The translations under genes were made by a program, and so were the position numbers. This document shows positions 46,753-56,553 of a stretch of DNA of 64,000 nt, one piece after another. The stretch comes from Candidatus Latescibacterota bacterium (GTDB taxonomy: Bacteria; Latescibacterota; UBA2968; GCA-2709665), in the NCBI GenBank assembly GCA_965219455.1, contig OZ244744.1, positions 480,001 through 544,000 of the forward strand, read 5' to 3'. The notes beneath the pieces were generated by a model. That model was not told the DNA's origin. It was given only the letters and a program-made list of their open reading frames with translations, and ran no database searches. Each line of letters starts with the position of its first letter. Position 1 is the first letter of the stretch.

Positions 46753-48711
46753 ATGGTGAAAGCTTCAAATACGATGCCTGAAAACGGCAACATAGCGGTC
46801 ACTTTGCCCGACGGCTCCCGAAAGGGCTATTGCACGGGCGTTACCATCCTGCAGGTAGCCGAATCCATTGGCTCCGGCCTTGCCCGCGCTGCACTTGCCG
46901 GCAAGGTCAACGGCCGCGCCGTGGATCTCTCATGTGCACTGGACGACAGCGTCGGACTGGAAATTCTCACCTTCTCCAGCGATGCCGGAAAAGAAGTCTA
47001 CTGGCACAGCACCGCGCATATCATGGCGCAGGCGGTACAGGATCTGTTTCCGGACGTGAAAGTCACACTGGGCCCGCCTATCGAGAATGGCTTTTACTAC
47101 GACTTCGATCGGGAAAAACCGTTCACGCCGGACGAATTGCACCGGATCGAAGTCCGCATGCGGGAACTCATTGCGGAAGCCCAGCCCTTTGAGCGCCAGG
47201 AAATTACCCGCGAAGCCGCGATCGACCTCTTCAGAGAGCGCGGCGAATCCTACAAACTGGAAATCCTGGAGGAGATCGAACCCGGCGAAACCATCAGCAT
47301 CTATAAAAATGCGGACAAATGGCTGGACCTCTGTCGGGGGCCGCATGTTCCGGACACCGGCCGCATCAAGGCGGTCAAATTGCTGAGTTCATCGGGCGCA
47401 TACTGGCGGGGAGACGAAAACAACGTGATGCTCCAGCGCATCTACGGCATCTCCTTTCCGGGCCAGAAAGACCTCAATGCCTATCTCGAGTACCTTGAAG
47501 AAGCCAGAAATCGGGACCACCGCACCCTCGGTGGCCGGCTCGATCTTTTCTCGATCAACGATACCGCCGGTCCCGGTCTCGTTCTCTGGCACCCCAAGGG
47601 TGCGCGGATCAGAAATCAGATTGAAGATTTCTGGCGCGAAGCGCATTACGGCGGCGGGTACGACCTGGTCTGTTCGCCCCATATTGGCCGGTCCCGACTC
47701 TGGGAAACCAGTGGACACCTGGATTTCTTTCACGAGAGTATGTACCCCCCAATGGATATCGACGGTCAGGCGTATTTCGCCAAACCGATGAATTGTCCCT
47801 TCCATAGCCTCATCTACAAGTCCCGGAGGCGCAGCTATCGGGAGCTTCCCTTTCGGTGGGCCGAACTGGGTACTGTCTATCGCTACGAAATGGTAGGCAC
47901 GTTACACGGGCTGTTGCGGGTGCGCGGATTCACCCAGGACGACGCCCATATCTTCTGTCGTCCGGATCAGGTGGAGGACGAAGTCGCCCGCGTTATCGAC
48001 TTTACGTTGTTCATCCTTAAGTCCTTTGGATTTGAAGACTTCAACGTCTACATCTCAACCCGGCCCGGAAAAGCGGTTGGAGATCCGGCCGACTGGGAAA
48101 GGGCCACCGACGCTCTCAGGCGCGCGGTTGACAGGCAGAAGCTGCCCTACCGGATCGACGCCGGTGCCGGCGCCTTCTATGGACCCAAGATCGACGTAAC
48201 CATCAACGATGCGCTGAACCGGGAATGGCAGTGCACCACCATCCAGTTCGACTTCAACCTTCCGGAACGCTTCGACCTTAGCTTTGTCGGATCCGACGGA
48301 AAATTCCACCGGCCGTACATGGTCCATCGCGCCCTATTGGGTGCCATGGAACGGTTCTTCGGCCTGCTGATCGAACACTACGCGGGAAACTTCCCGCTCT
48401 GGCTGGCGCCCGTGCAAGCCGTTGTACTTCCGGTTTCCGATCCCTTCGCCGACTATGCCATAGAGGTCGCCGGCCATCTTGAAAATGCGGGGCTCCGCGC
48501 CGAAGTCGACCCCCAGGACGCCAAACTCGGTTTCAAGATTCGCGAGGCGGAAGTTCAGAAGATTCCATACATGGTCATCGTGGGCAAACAGGAAGTCGAC
48601 GCAAAATCCATCTCGGTTCGCAGGCATGGCGCCGGTGACCTGGGAAGCATGTCGACGATCGACCTGATTGCCAGGATGCAGAAGGAAATAGAGACGAAAA
48701 GCGCCGCGTAA
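46753..48711 (+). CDS. thrS: Threonine--tRNA ligase
   Basis: TGS domain, HSTAH, DLCRGPH, AYWRGD, RDHR, KPMNCP, RVRGFTQDDAH, FYGPKID. Confidence 0.97.
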   Translation: MVKASNTMPENGNIAVTLPDGSRKGYCTGVTILQVAESIGSGLARAALAGKVNGRAVDLSCALDDSVGLEILTFSSDAGKEVYWHSTAHIMAQAVQDLFPDVKVTLGPPIENGFYYDFDREKPFTPDELHRIEVRMRELIAEAQPFERQEITREAAIDLFRERGESYKLEILEEIEPGETISIYKNADKWLDLCRGPHVPDTGRIKAVKLLSSSGAYWRGDENNVMLQRIYGISFPGQKDLNAYLEYLEEARNRDHRTLGGRLDLFSINDTAGPGLVLWHPKGARIRNQIEDFWREAHYGGGYDLVCSPHIGRSRLWETSGHLDFFHESMYPPMDIDGQAYFAKPMNCPFHSLIYKSRRRSYRELPFRWAELGTVYRYEMVGTLHGLLRVRGFTQDDAHIFCRPDQVEDEVARVIDFTLFILKSFGFEDFNVYISTRPGKAVGDPADWERATDALRRAVDRQKLPYRIDAGAGAFYGPKIDVTINDALNREWQCTTIQFDFNLPERFDLSFVGSDGKFHRPYMVHRALLGAMERFFGLLIEHYAGNFPLWLAPVQAVVLPVSDPFADYAIEVAGHLENAGLRAEVDPQDAKLGFKIREAEVQKIPYMVIVGKQEVDAKSISVRRHGAGDLGSMSTIDLIARMQKEIETKSAA

Positions 48712-48770
48712 CCCCCTCTATTTTCCAATTTGGCCGACAACGGCCCGGATCAAATTCGGAGGTGATCGGT

Positions 48771-49307
48771 ATCAACAGAGGTCCTAGAGGTCTTCGAGAT
48801 CGAAAGCAGGAAAAAGCACCTCGAGTAAACGACCAAATCCGCATTCCGCAGATTCGCCTGGTCGACAACGAGGGCGAACAGGTCGGTATCGTTGAAACCC
48901 GGAAGGCAATTGAAATGGCAATGGAGGCCGGCCTCGACCTGGTCGAAGTTGCTCCCAACGCCCGACCTCCGGTATGCCGGATCATGAATTACGGCAAGTA
49001 CCGATATGAGCAGAGCAAAAAGCAGAAAAAGGGCAAAAAAAGCGGGTCGCAATTGAAAGAGATTCGCCTGGGTCCCAGAATCAGCGATCACGATTACGAT
49101 TTCAAGATCCGCCATGCCGAGAATTTTTTGCAGCACCGCCACAAAGTCAGGATTTCCGTGGAGTTTCGCGGTCGCCAGAACATGTACCGCGCACAGGGCA
49201 GAGTGCTTCTTGAACGCGCGGTGGAAGACCTTCAGGACAACGGCGTGGCCGAACTGCCCATCAAAGACGAAGGCCGAAACATCATCATCATCATCGCGCC
49301 GAAATAA
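48771..49307 (+). CDS. infC: Translation initiation factor IF-3 (probable ATC start)
   Basis: RVNDQIR, LDLVEVAPNARPPVC, HDYDFK; SD GGAGGTGA precedes in-frame ATC 48771. Confidence 0.93.
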   Translation: MNRGPRGLRDRKQEKAPRVNDQIRIPQIRLVDNEGEQVGIVETRKAIEMAMEAGLDLVEVAPNARPPVCRIMNYGKYRYEQSKKQKKGKKSGSQLKEIRLGPRISDHDYDFKIRHAENFLQHRHKVRISVEFRGRQNMYRAQGRVLLERAVEDLQDNGVAELPIKDEGRNIIIIIAPK

Positions 49308-49440
49308 CATCCACCAATAACGCCCGGAGCAGGAACACAAGAGGCAGGGAAATTCGAATCGCGCCTTTTTCTTCGCTCCAGGTTGCCCGTTTGCTGTTTC
49401 CATTCGGATGGCATAAACGAATATTGCCAAGGAGTTGAAC

Positions 49441-49635
49441 GTGCCCAAAATGAAAACACACCGAGGGGCCGCGAAACGGTTCAAGCGCCGGAAATCCGGT
49501 GTGATTGGTCGCAAGAAGTCAACAGCCACGCATAACCTGACAAACAAGAGCAGCAAACGCAAGATGCATCTGCGCAAACCCGCCGCGGTACACAAATCCG
49601 ACCAGGACCGCGTACAGCGCCTGCTTCCGCGCTGA
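49441..49635 (+). CDS. rpmI: 50S ribosomal protein L35
   Basis: [15 protein letters not shown]; GTG start after AAGGAG. Confidence 0.95.
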   Translation: MPKMKTHRGAAKRFKRRKSGVIGRKKSTATHNLTNKSSKRKMHLRKPAAVHKSDQDRVQRLLPR

Positions 49636-49765
49636 CGGGCCGTTACGCTTTCATTTTGAAAGTTCCTTTCCGGCCAGCGTACAGGGGATTTTCAATAGAG
49701 GCCATGGCGGACCGGCGGCAACGCCGGCACGCAACACTGCCAGGCGCTACCAGGAGACCAACAGC

Positions 49766-50119
49766 ATGCCCAGATCAACGAATAGCGTCGCTTCGCGACG
49801 GAGGCGGAAAAAAGTACTTAAAGCCGCGCGCGGATACCGGGGCGGACGCAGCAAGCTGTACCGCACTGCGGACGACGCCGTCCACCGGGCGCTTTCCTAT
49901 GCATACAGGGACCGCCGTCAGAAAAAGAGAAGTTTCCGCTCTCTTTGGATCGTTCGAATCAACGCCGCCGCCCGGCTTAACGGGCTTTCCTACAGCAACC
50001 TGATCAACGGCCTGAAAAAGGCCGATATTTCCGTTGACAGGAAAGTTCTGGCCAACCTCGCCGTCACGGATGCAGCGGCGTTCTCAGCGCTGGCGGAACA
50101 GGCCCGGCAACACGCGTAA
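49766..50119 (+). CDS. rplT: 50S ribosomal protein L20
   Basis: [43 protein letters not shown]. Confidence 0.97.
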   Translation: MPRSTNSVASRRRRKKVLKAARGYRGGRSKLYRTADDAVHRALSYAYRDRRQKKRSFRSLWIVRINAAARLNGLSYSNLINGLKKADISVDRKVLANLAVTDAAAFSALAEQARQHA

Positions 50120-50211
50120 ATTGCCCTCCAAGTCACGGAATCCAAAAAAAAGCGTCCCCTCGCATTCATTCCCTTTCCGTTTTCGCTCCCCGTGCGTCAG
50201 GTATCCCACCC

Positions 50212-50240
50212 TTGACTTTAAGCCATGGAGGTATTACATT
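50212..50240 (+). promoter_or_regulatory. Putative sigma70 promoter
   Basis: TTGACT-N17-TACATT. Confidence 0.55.
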
Positions 50241-50327
50241 GCGTAGAGTATGGCTACGCAAATATTTTGTTGTTCCCTCTCTGCAAAAAACTGATCGAGA
50301 ATCCGTCAGCCATGAAAGGGTGAATAC

Positions 50328-50801
50328 ATGGAAGCGCAAGATCGGATAAACGAACAATTGGAGTCGGGGATTCGAGACGACGAGCCGTTCGAAACCGTCG
50401 ACCGGACGGACGAACAGACGGAATCGGGCGATCCGGGAGAAACGCAGGTCGATCTGCAGGATCAGGCAGACGGACAAGCGGAAACCGACGACCGGGAAGA
50501 GGAACGGCTGGAGTCGGAAAATCGGGTGTCGGAACAGCTGGATCTCCTTATTGGTGAGATCGATCGCGCCGTCGATATTGTCCAGCAGTTACGACAGGAG
50601 ATCGCCGAACTCGAGCAGAGAAACCAGGAACTTCATGAACGCCTGGAAAACCAGGACCATGTCATCTCCGGATTGCGGGCCGAACGAGAGCGACTCCGGT
50701 CCATTTATGACAATAATGCTTCACTGATTGAGAACAAGGAGGAAATCCAACGCAAAATCGAAACCATGATCTCGCGTCTGGATTCAGTGAATACAGCGTA
50801 A
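50328..50801 (+). CDS. Coiled-coil protein, ZapB-like, with acidic N-terminal extension
   Basis: Heptads LDLLIGEIDRAVDIVQQLR...IQRKIETMISRLD; immediately upstream of zapA. Confidence 0.6.
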   Translation: MEAQDRINEQLESGIRDDEPFETVDRTDEQTESGDPGETQVDLQDQADGQAETDDREEERLESENRVSEQLDLLIGEIDRAVDIVQQLRQEIAELEQRNQELHERLENQDHVISGLRAERERLRSIYDNNASLIENKEEIQRKIETMISRLDSVNTA

Positions 50802-50870
50802 AACAGCACCGCCGACATCCACACCGAACCTCAGAGTTTCACATATTGCCTCCGGATGTCCCGAGGTTTC

Positions 50871-51155
50871 ATGTCTGAACAACCGGTAATACGCGCCCGG
50901 ATCTTCGGCACCGAATACAACATCTACGCGGAAGGCGACCCGGAACACGCCCGAGCCGTGGCCCAGTACGTCGACCGGAAAATGCGTGAGGTCGCGAACT
51001 ACATTTCCCTCCGTTCGGTTGCCAAGATTGCAGTCGTTGCGGCCGTTAATCTCGCCCATGAGCTGCTCAAAGAGGAAGAAGCCAGTCGCAAGTTGGGAAA
51101 GACCCTGACGGAACAGACTCACAATCTGGCGTCTTTCACAAACCGGATTGCGTAG
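50871..51155 (+). CDS. zapA: Cell division protein ZapA
   Basis: IFGTEYNI, VAQYVDRKMREV, KIAVVAAVNLAHEL. Confidence 0.9.
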   Translation: MSEQPVIRARIFGTEYNIYAEGDPEHARAVAQYVDRKMREVANYISLRSVAKIAVVAAVNLAHELLKEEEASRKLGKTLTEQTHNLASFTNRIA

Positions 51156-51353
51156 AGACAACCTCAAACAGAAAGGGCGTGCCAGCGATTTCCGGCGCCC
51201 CTGCCGGATTAGCGATTCCGGTGTTGCCTGCTGCGTTCATCTGTAACCATCCGGAGCGATCATTTTAAACCGGACGGGATGTACGGAACCGGATGAATGC
51301 AAGCGGGTTTTTTTGTTCATGAATTACATAAGAAGCTGTTTTTACATTCACGG

Positions 51354-51512
51354 TGAGTTCCCGAGCGCGAGCGAAAAGGCGGCGTTCAAGGCGGTAGAAC
51401 GCGCCCGTATCTTTGAGATATGGGTGGGTTTTACCAACGCCGACCGACGCATTTGAAGCCGCCTGCCATGCCTGCGGCAGCAGGCAGGCGCGAAGACCGC
51501 TGGGGGTTTTAA
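51354..51512 (+). ncRNA. ssrS: 6S RNA (approximate ends)
   Basis: Canonical position between zapA and rny; long rod pairing AGGCGGC-TTCAA/TTGAA-GCCGCCT, GGTAGAAC/GTTTTACC, GCCCGTATCT/AGATATGGGT. Confidence 0.7.
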
Positions 51513-51539
51513 GACAGCTTCCAAAATGGGGAGACAAAA

Positions 51540-53126
51540 ATGAACCTGCCGATAGACACGACCATGGAAGTCGTGACGGTTATGATTCTGTCGGCCGGCC
51601 TGCTTATACTGGGTTATATCCTGGGATGGCTGATCAGCGGCAAGATTGCGCAGAGTAAGATCCATCGCGCCGAACTCTCCGCGGAGAAGACTCTTGAAGA
51701 TGCCCAGACCGAAGCGGATGCAATGAAGCGGACGGCGGTCCTGGAAGCCAAAGACAGGATACAGCAGGAGCGGCTCCGGTTTGAACAGGAATTGGAAGAA
51801 AAACGTGATCGGTCCGCCAGGGAAGAAATGAAGCTGAGCAGCCTGAGACGGCAGCTTGACAAACGTGCGGACCTGTTGAACGACAAGGAAAAACTGGCTA
51901 CCGAGGAAAGTGAGCAACTCCGTTTGCTGGAGGAGCAACTCGCTGGCCGGGAACTGGAACTGGAAGAAAGTCGGCTGAGGCAGAACAGGCGCCTGGAACA
52001 GATCGCAGGACTCACGAAGGAAGAGGCAAAACGTGTCCTGATGGCCAATATGGAAGCAGAGGCGGAACGCGACTCGGAATGGCGGCTTAAGGAAATTCGC
52101 GACGACGCCCTCGTACGCGCTAACGATGAAGCCCGGGAAATCATCGCCGGAGCGATTCAACGATTGGCCGCGGACCATACGATCGAATCCACCGTTGCGC
52201 TGGTACGCCTGCCTTCCGACGAGATGAAGGGGCGAATTATCGGACGAGAGGGGCGGAACATCCGCGCCTTTGAAATGGCTACGGGCGTGGATGTCACTAT
52301 CGACGACACGCCGGAAGCAGTCATCCTGTCGGGGTTCGACCCCATACGTCGGGCCATTGCCCAGATTGCCATGGAACAACTGATTCTGGACGGACGCATC
52401 CACCCTGGCCGAATCGAAGAAGTCGCGCAGAAGTCGAGGGAGTCGATTCAGGAGGTAATGCACGATGCCGGGGTGCAGGCGGCATTCGACGTTGGCGTGC
52501 CGGGCTTGCACGATCGTCTCATTGCCTGCCTGGGCCGTCTCAAATACCGTACGAGCTACGGTCAGAATGTACTGAATCACAGTAAGGAAGTGGCCTTTCT
52601 TTCGGGCATGATGGCCACGTCGCTCGGCCTGGACGCCCAGTTGGCCAAACGCGCCGGATTGCTTCACGACATTGGCAAGGGTCTGCCGCACGAAGCCGAG
52701 GGCACGTACGGAGAAAACGGCGCGGACCTGGCGCGCAAATATGGTGAAGACGCGATCGCGATAAACGCGATCGAGGCCCACCACGGAGATGCGGACCCCG
52801 TTTCGCCGGTCGCCGTGCTTGTCGACGCAGCCGATTCCATATCCCGGTCCCGGCCTGGCGCGCAGCGTGAACAGATCGAGAATTACGTTCGACGGTTGGA
52901 ACGATTGGAGTCCATTGCCAAGATGGTACAGGGCGTAGAATCGGTCTTCGCCATCAAGGCCGGACAGGAAGTCCGTGTGGTCGCGGACTCCGATATGATG
53001 AGCGACGCAGACACGGAACGTCTGGCCACGCAGATCGTCTCGCGGCTTACCGAAGACGCCACCTGTCCGGGGCCTGTCAAGGTAACCGTCATCAGAGAAA
53101 CGCGCTCGGTGGATTTTGCACGCTGA
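51540..53126 (+). CDS. rny: Ribonuclease Y
   Basis: N-terminal TM, coiled coil, KH MKGRIIGREGRNIRA, RTSYGQN, HD LLHDIGK, SRPGA. Confidence 0.96.
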   Translation: MNLPIDTTMEVVTVMILSAGLLILGYILGWLISGKIAQSKIHRAELSAEKTLEDAQTEADAMKRTAVLEAKDRIQQERLRFEQELEEKRDRSAREEMKLSSLRRQLDKRADLLNDKEKLATEESEQLRLLEEQLAGRELELEESRLRQNRRLEQIAGLTKEEAKRVLMANMEAEAERDSEWRLKEIRDDALVRANDEAREIIAGAIQRLAADHTIESTVALVRLPSDEMKGRIIGREGRNIRAFEMATGVDVTIDDTPEAVILSGFDPIRRAIAQIAMEQLILDGRIHPGRIEEVAQKSRESIQEVMHDAGVQAAFDVGVPGLHDRLIACLGRLKYRTSYGQNVLNHSKEVAFLSGMMATSLGLDAQLAKRAGLLHDIGKGLPHEAEGTYGENGADLARKYGEDAIAINAIEAHHGDADPVSPVAVLVDAADSISRSRPGAQREQIENYVRRLERLESIAKMVQGVESVFAIKAGQEVRVVADSDMMSDADTERLATQIVSRLTEDATCPGPVKVTVIRETRSVDFAR

Positions 53127-53162
53127 TGCGGCATGCGTTGAATATCTTTTACAGGTGACCAT

Positions 53163-53951
53163 TTGAATATCTTGTTTGTCGGCGATATCTACGGTAGGCC
53201 GGGCAGAAAAGCGGCCGCGGATCTGATTCCCCGGCTCAAGGAGAGCCACCGGATCGATTTCTGTATAGTCAATGGCGAAAATGCCGCCGGGGGCTTCGGC
53301 ATCACCGAGAATATCGCGAAGAAACTCTTCGCCTACGGGGCCGACGTGATCACCACGGGAAACCACGTCTGGGATCGCAAAGACGACATCCCGTTTATAC
53401 TGGGCGCCAGCCGCGTTCTGCGTCCGGCGAATTTCCCGGAGAGTGTCGGCGGCGCCGGCTACGGTATCTTCACCGCCCCAAACGGCATCCGTATAGGTGT
53501 TGTCTGCATCCAGGGCCGCGTGAATATGCTCGACCTGGACTGTCCCTTCCGGGTCGGTAGAGATATTGTGGACCGCCTCCGCCTGGAGACACAGGTGATT
53601 GTCATCGATTTTCACGCGGAAGCAAGTTCCGAAAAAATCGCATACGGATGGTTTATGGACGGCCGCGCCAGCGCCGTTCTTGGCACGCACACCCACGTAC
53701 AGACCGCCGATGAGCACATACTGCCGGGCGGTACCGCCTACGTGTCGGATGCGGGCATGACCGGCCCCCACGACTCCGTGATCGGCGCACGGAAGGAGGC
53801 CGTGATCCATCGGTTTCTGGATCGGACGCCGGTCCGGTTTGAACCGGCTGAAAACGACATCAAGCTCTGCGGCGTCATCGTAGAAGTCGAAGACGAATCC
53901 GGAAAAGCCACCCGCATCGAACGGCTGCGCATCGACTGGCAGGAGCCCTGA
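53163..53951 (+). CDS. ymdB: YmdB/TIGR00282 metallophosphoesterase
   Basis: GDIYG.PGR, NGENAAGG.G, GNH, DFHAEA.SEK, GTHTHV, GMTG. Confidence 0.9.
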   Translation: MNILFVGDIYGRPGRKAAADLIPRLKESHRIDFCIVNGENAAGGFGITENIAKKLFAYGADVITTGNHVWDRKDDIPFILGASRVLRPANFPESVGGAGYGIFTAPNGIRIGVVCIQGRVNMLDLDCPFRVGRDIVDRLRLETQVIVIDFHAEASSEKIAYGWFMDGRASAVLGTHTHVQTADEHILPGGTAYVSDAGMTGPHDSVIGARKEAVIHRFLDRTPVRFEPAENDIKLCGVIVEVEDESGKATRIERLRIDWQEP

Positions 53952-53953
53952 AC

Positions 53954-55165
53954 GTGGCGGAACGGCCCTATACCGTTACAGAGATAACGCAGGCAATCCG
54001 GCAGAACCTCGAAGCGGAATTCCCCGTTCTCTGGATCGTGGGTGAAATTTCCCAGTACAATCAGGCTGCCTCCGGCCATCGTTATTTCACCCTGATCGAC
54101 CCAAACTGTCAGCTTCGCTGCGTGATGTGGCGGTCCGCGGCTCCGGCTTTCAGACCCGAGACCGGCGTTAAGGTACTCGCCCGTGGGCGAATTACGGTCT
54201 ACGAACGCAACGGCGAGTACCAATTGAACGTCACACAGCTTTTTCCTGCGGGCAGCGGCCAGCAACAACTGGCCCTGGAAGCGTTGAAACGCAAACTCCA
54301 GGAAGAAGGTCTGTTCGACCAGGCGCGGAAACGATCTCTGCCGGCGTTCCCGCTCTCAGTCGGTGTGGTCACCTCGCGAACGGGAGCAGCGATTCGAGAC
54401 ATTCTGAATGTGTTGGAAAGGCGGTTCCGCGGGGTCAACATCTTACTCCGGCCGGCGCTGGTTCAGGGCGCAGGCGCCCCCGAAGACATCGCGCTGGCCA
54501 TAGACGAATTGAACGCCCACGGAAAGGTCGACGTACTGATTGTGGGTCGCGGGGGGGGTTCCGCGGAAGATCTGGCCGCATTCAACACCGAGATCGTCGT
54601 TCGAGCCATTTGCGGCTCCAATATCCCCGTGATTTCCGCCGTAGGCCACGAAATCGACGTCACGCTGGCCGACCTGGCCGCCGATTGCAGGGCGCCCACG
54701 CCGTCCGCGGCGGCCGAACTGGCCGTTCGCGACGCCAGCGAGTTACGCGCCCGGATTCACAACCTCGCCAGGCGTTCCTACGTCGCGCTGAATCGTTACC
54801 TGAAAGAAAACGAAGATGTGCTCGACAGTTACCTGGGCAGGTACGGTTTGCGGAAGGTGGAAGACAACATCTTCCAGAACATACAGGCAGTCGACGACCT
54901 TCATAAGGGCCTTCAGAATAGCGTCCGGCGCATATTCGACACGCACCTGGAATCGTACCGCCGCCGCACCGGCGAACTTGGAGCGCTCAGCCCGCTGTCG
55001 GTCCTGAGCCGCGGGTACAGCCTCACGCACCGGGCGGATAACAATGAACTGGTCACCCGTGCCGAAACCCTTTCCGAAGGCGAACAGGTCCGCATTCGCC
55101 TGTCGGAGGGAGAAATAAACTGTACGGTGGACCGTATTCTGGCTAGAAGCCGGACGAATCATTGA
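53954..55165 (+). CDS. xseA: Exodeoxyribonuclease VII large subunit
   Basis: GEIS...SGH.YF, TS.TGAAIRD, RGGGS.EDL..FN, SAVGHEID, APTPSAAAE. Confidence 0.95.
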   Translation: MAERPYTVTEITQAIRQNLEAEFPVLWIVGEISQYNQAASGHRYFTLIDPNCQLRCVMWRSAAPAFRPETGVKVLARGRITVYERNGEYQLNVTQLFPAGSGQQQLALEALKRKLQEEGLFDQARKRSLPAFPLSVGVVTSRTGAAIRDILNVLERRFRGVNILLRPALVQGAGAPEDIALAIDELNAHGKVDVLIVGRGGGSAEDLAAFNTEIVVRAICGSNIPVISAVGHEIDVTLADLAADCRAPTPSAAAELAVRDASELRARIHNLARRSYVALNRYLKENEDVLDSYLGRYGLRKVEDNIFQNIQAVDDLHKGLQNSVRRIFDTHLESYRRRTGELGALSPLSVLSRGYSLTHRADNNELVTRAETLSEGEQVRIRLSEGEINCTVDRILARSRTNH

Positions 55166-55222
55166 ACAGGACCCAGTCGAAATCCGGCCCACGATGAGCC
55201 ATTCAACCCCATGAGGAGTCCA

Positions 55223-55468
55223 ATGGCCGAAGAAGATCCCACATTCGAAGAGGCGCTCAAGCAGTTGGAAACTGCGGTCGAGACCCTGGAAGGCGGAAAT
55301 CTGCCCCTGGCAGAAGCGCTCCGCCTCTTTGAAGAGGGACTGAAAGCGTCAAACCTGTGTCGTGCGCGGCTGGAAGAAGCCAAACAGCGTGTCGAAATCC
55401 TGGCCACCGAGAGCGGGAACGACTTCCAGCTCACGGAACTGGATGCCGTTGAGGAATCCGGGGACTGA
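55223..55468 (+). CDS. xseB: Exodeoxyribonuclease VII small subunit
   Basis: FEEALKQLE..V..LE.G.L.L..AL..FEEG; GAGGAG RBS. Confidence 0.93.
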   Translation: MAEEDPTFEEALKQLETAVETLEGGNLPLAEALRLFEEGLKASNLCRARLEEAKQRVEILATESGNDFQLTELDAVEESGD

Positions 55469-55596
55469 TGTTCCGACCCGGATGAATCGCCGCCTTTCCC
55501 TGTCTGCGTGTGTGAGGCAGCACGCACAGGCAGGCGCCGATTCATCCCGTCTCGCCGGCCGAATTACCGGGATCTATTTCCGGAACCGAATACTGG
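55465..55596. mobile_element. Degenerate IS630-like MITE copy 6
   Basis: Decayed ends (CTGATGTTCCGACCC / ATCTATTTCCGGAACCGAATACTGG); internal CGCCGATTCATCCCGTCTCGC matches the reverse complement of copy 4. Confidence 0.55.
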
Positions 55597-55684
55597 CGCG
55601 GGCAACACCGATTCCAGGAACCTGGAATTCGGACTCCATTAATACAGTTCAATTGATCAATCTTCCCACTGGCTCCCGGTCCTC

Positions 55685-56551
55685 ATGAAACGCATTGGCA
55701 TACTTGCATTTATCGAACGGGACGGCATCGGTCCCATCGTCCAGAATTTCGTGCGGCTTGCGCGCGACCAGGGAATCGAGCCCATTCTGGAGGAACCGTT
55801 AAGGGAGATCTGTGTCTCCAACGAGGTCACGTTCCGCCCTGCCGCCGACCTCGCCGGCCACTCGGATATTGTGGTTGCCCTGGGTGGAGACGGCACCATA
55901 CTCCGGGCGGCCAAACTGGTCGGATCCACACAAAAACCCATTCTGGGCGTCAACCTCGGCCGGCTCGGGTTTCTGGCGGGGGCTGCGCCCGAAGAGTTGC
56001 GGGAGAGTCTGGGCAAATTGAAGCGGGGGGAGTATCAGCTCGAAGAACGCATGGCCCTGGAAGCGGAGATCGGTAAGAAAACTTTCTTTGCCCTCAACGA
56101 AGTCGTCATCGAAAAAAGGGTGCTCGCCCGCCTGGTCCAGGTGAAGACGTGGATTTCCGACACGCCGTTCAGTTCCTTTTTCGGGAACGGCATTATCGTA
56201 TCCACCCCGACCGGATCAACCAGCTACAGCCTCTCGGCGGGTGGTCCCATCCTCCATCCGGATCTGCAGGCATTCATTGTCACGCCCATCTGCGCGCATT
56301 CGCTCTCGATGCGCCCCGCGGTCATCCCGGGCAATCAGTCGATCACCGTCCAGGTGATTGCCGAACACAGCGATATCATGGTAACCGCCGACGGCAAGAT
56401 CGTCTCGCCCATACAGCCCGAAGAACGCGTTCACATCCGACAGGCCGCCCATAACACCCGTCTGATCAACCTCCAGGGCCTTTCCTTCTATCAGTTGCTC
56501 AGCCGAAAACTGGATTGGAGCCTTGACCGGCGCGAACCTCAGGAGTCCTGA
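55685..56551 (+). CDS. nadK: NAD+ kinase
   Basis: LGGDGTIL, GVNLGRLGFL, ALNE, STPTGST.YSLSAGGP. Confidence 0.93.
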   Translation: MKRIGILAFIERDGIGPIVQNFVRLARDQGIEPILEEPLREICVSNEVTFRPAADLAGHSDIVVALGGDGTILRAAKLVGSTQKPILGVNLGRLGFLAGAAPEELRESLGKLKRGEYQLEERMALEAEIGKKTFFALNEVVIEKRVLARLVQVKTWISDTPFSSFFGNGIIVSTPTGSTSYSLSAGGPILHPDLQAFIVTPICAHSLSMRPAVIPGNQSITVQVIAEHSDIMVTADGKIVSPIQPEERVHIRQAAHNTRLINLQGLSFYQLLSRKLDWSLDRREPQES

Positions 56552-56553
56552 CC

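Noticed and set aside
51348-53810. 820-aa minus-strand ORF (also 56539-58227, 24129-25655, 16099-17550 and similar)
   Set aside because: Shadow or alternate frames of rny/ymdB, recN, dapF and the OPT-like gene, as expected in high-GC DNA.
56176-56230. NAD kinase GNG in place of the usual xDG before STPTGST
   Set aside because: A single substitution with all other motifs intact; not enough to claim altered function.
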